DNA from: a virus
Taxonomy: Duplodnaviria; Caudoviricetes
IMG/VR virus record: IMGVR_UViG_3300033069_001465
Reading direction: 5' to 3' (one strand)
Length of the DNA: 64,000 bases
Part shown: piece after piece, positions 63,539 to 64,000 of the stretch
Layout of the letters: every line of letters begins with the position of its first letter
Numbering within the stretch: position 1 is the first letter of the stretch
The notes under the pieces: model-generated
Seen by the model: only the letters and a program-made list of their open reading frames with translations
The model's database searches: none
What the model was told of the DNA's origin: nothing
Translations under genes and position numbers: made by a program

Positions 63539-64000
63539 ATGAATTGCTTTATAATAATGCACAATAGGCTATCTAATCCAAAAAAGATGGCAGAATTTCT
63601 ATCAGATCATGATATAAATGTTATATTTATAGATAATAACTCCACATATCAGCCATTATTGAATTGGTATGAAGACTGTCCATATAAAGTATATCGATTA
63701 AAAGAAAATTTAGGGCATAAATGCCTTTACAGATCTGGAATTTTAAATGATTATAAAGATCAGCACTATATACTAACCGATCCTGACTTGGATATATATG
63801 ATGTCCCTGATGATTTTTTGAATTTTTTAATGAAAGGATTTAAAAATGTAAATATTATAAAGAGTGGATTTTCGCTTAAGATAGATGATTTACCAAAGAA
63901 TGATTATACAAAAATGATATATGATTGGGAGATAAAATTTTGGCAGAGACCACAAGATGAATATGGATTCTATTTTTCTGAGCTTGATACAACATTTGCA
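63539..64000 (+). CDS. Glycosyltransferase family 2-like protein (3'-truncated by the window edge)
   Basis: MNCFIIMHNRL...IDNNSTYQPLL.WY...NLGH...YILTDPDL...LDTTFA; open to the window end and not in the ORF track. Confidence 0.8.
   Translation, partial: MNCFIIMHNRLSNPKKMAEFLSDHDINVIFIDNNSTYQPLLNWYEDCPYKVYRLKENLGHKCLYRSGILNDYKDQHYILTDPDLDIYDVPDDFLNFLMKGFKNVNIIKSGFSLKIDDLPKNDYTKMIYDWEIKFWQRPQDEYGFYFSELDTTFA

Noticed and set aside
1-64000. Alternative genetic code, tRNA genes, or a reverse transcriptase / diversity-generating retroelement
   Set aside because: Core genes are full length in the standard code with TAG and TGA used as stops. By eye I found no tRNA cloverleaf other than the tmRNA ends, and no RT motifs or TR/VR pair. 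tRNAscan was not run.

Overview
This window is part of a large, very AT-rich, T4-like myovirus genome in the standard genetic code. The host is most likely Bacteroidota, judged from TTTG-N19/20-TAnnTTTG promoters, the lack of obvious Shine-Dalgarno sites, a Gly-start tmRNA tag and a Q-rule signal peptide. It carries dispersed, strand-switching T4-like virion and packaging genes: major capsid, a prohead protease-scaffold fusion, portal, large and probable small terminase, gp2, gp4, gp15, gp25 and a very long tail sheath. Other genes include a gp55-like late sigma factor, clamp loader, the 3' end of an apparently split family-B DNA polymerase, thyA, a NEIL1-like glycosylase, a minimal PolA-superfamily polymerase, two M28-type peptidases, ClpS, an NFACT-R protein, a 2H phosphoesterase and glycosyltransferases. 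There is also a tmRNA, four free-standing endonuclease genes plus one fragment, and a LAGLIDADG intein in an Fe-S flavoprotein. The most notable unexplained structure is: (i) two mutually exclusive terminal peptide tags, an N-terminal MKYLKxFE-like tag on about 24 mostly late-promoter genes (candidate capsid-targeting sequence) and a C-terminal RxxKLxxIL-like tag on 8 small accessory genes; (ii) three recognisable promoter classes, many implying leaderless mRNAs; (iii) a 27-bp direct repeat bracketing a 2.5-kb gene cassette inserted at the start of gp15; and (iv) a tmRNA with a long tag and non-canonical T-loop, flanked by two related structured elements. All protein-family calls come from motif recognition by eye; no searches were run.
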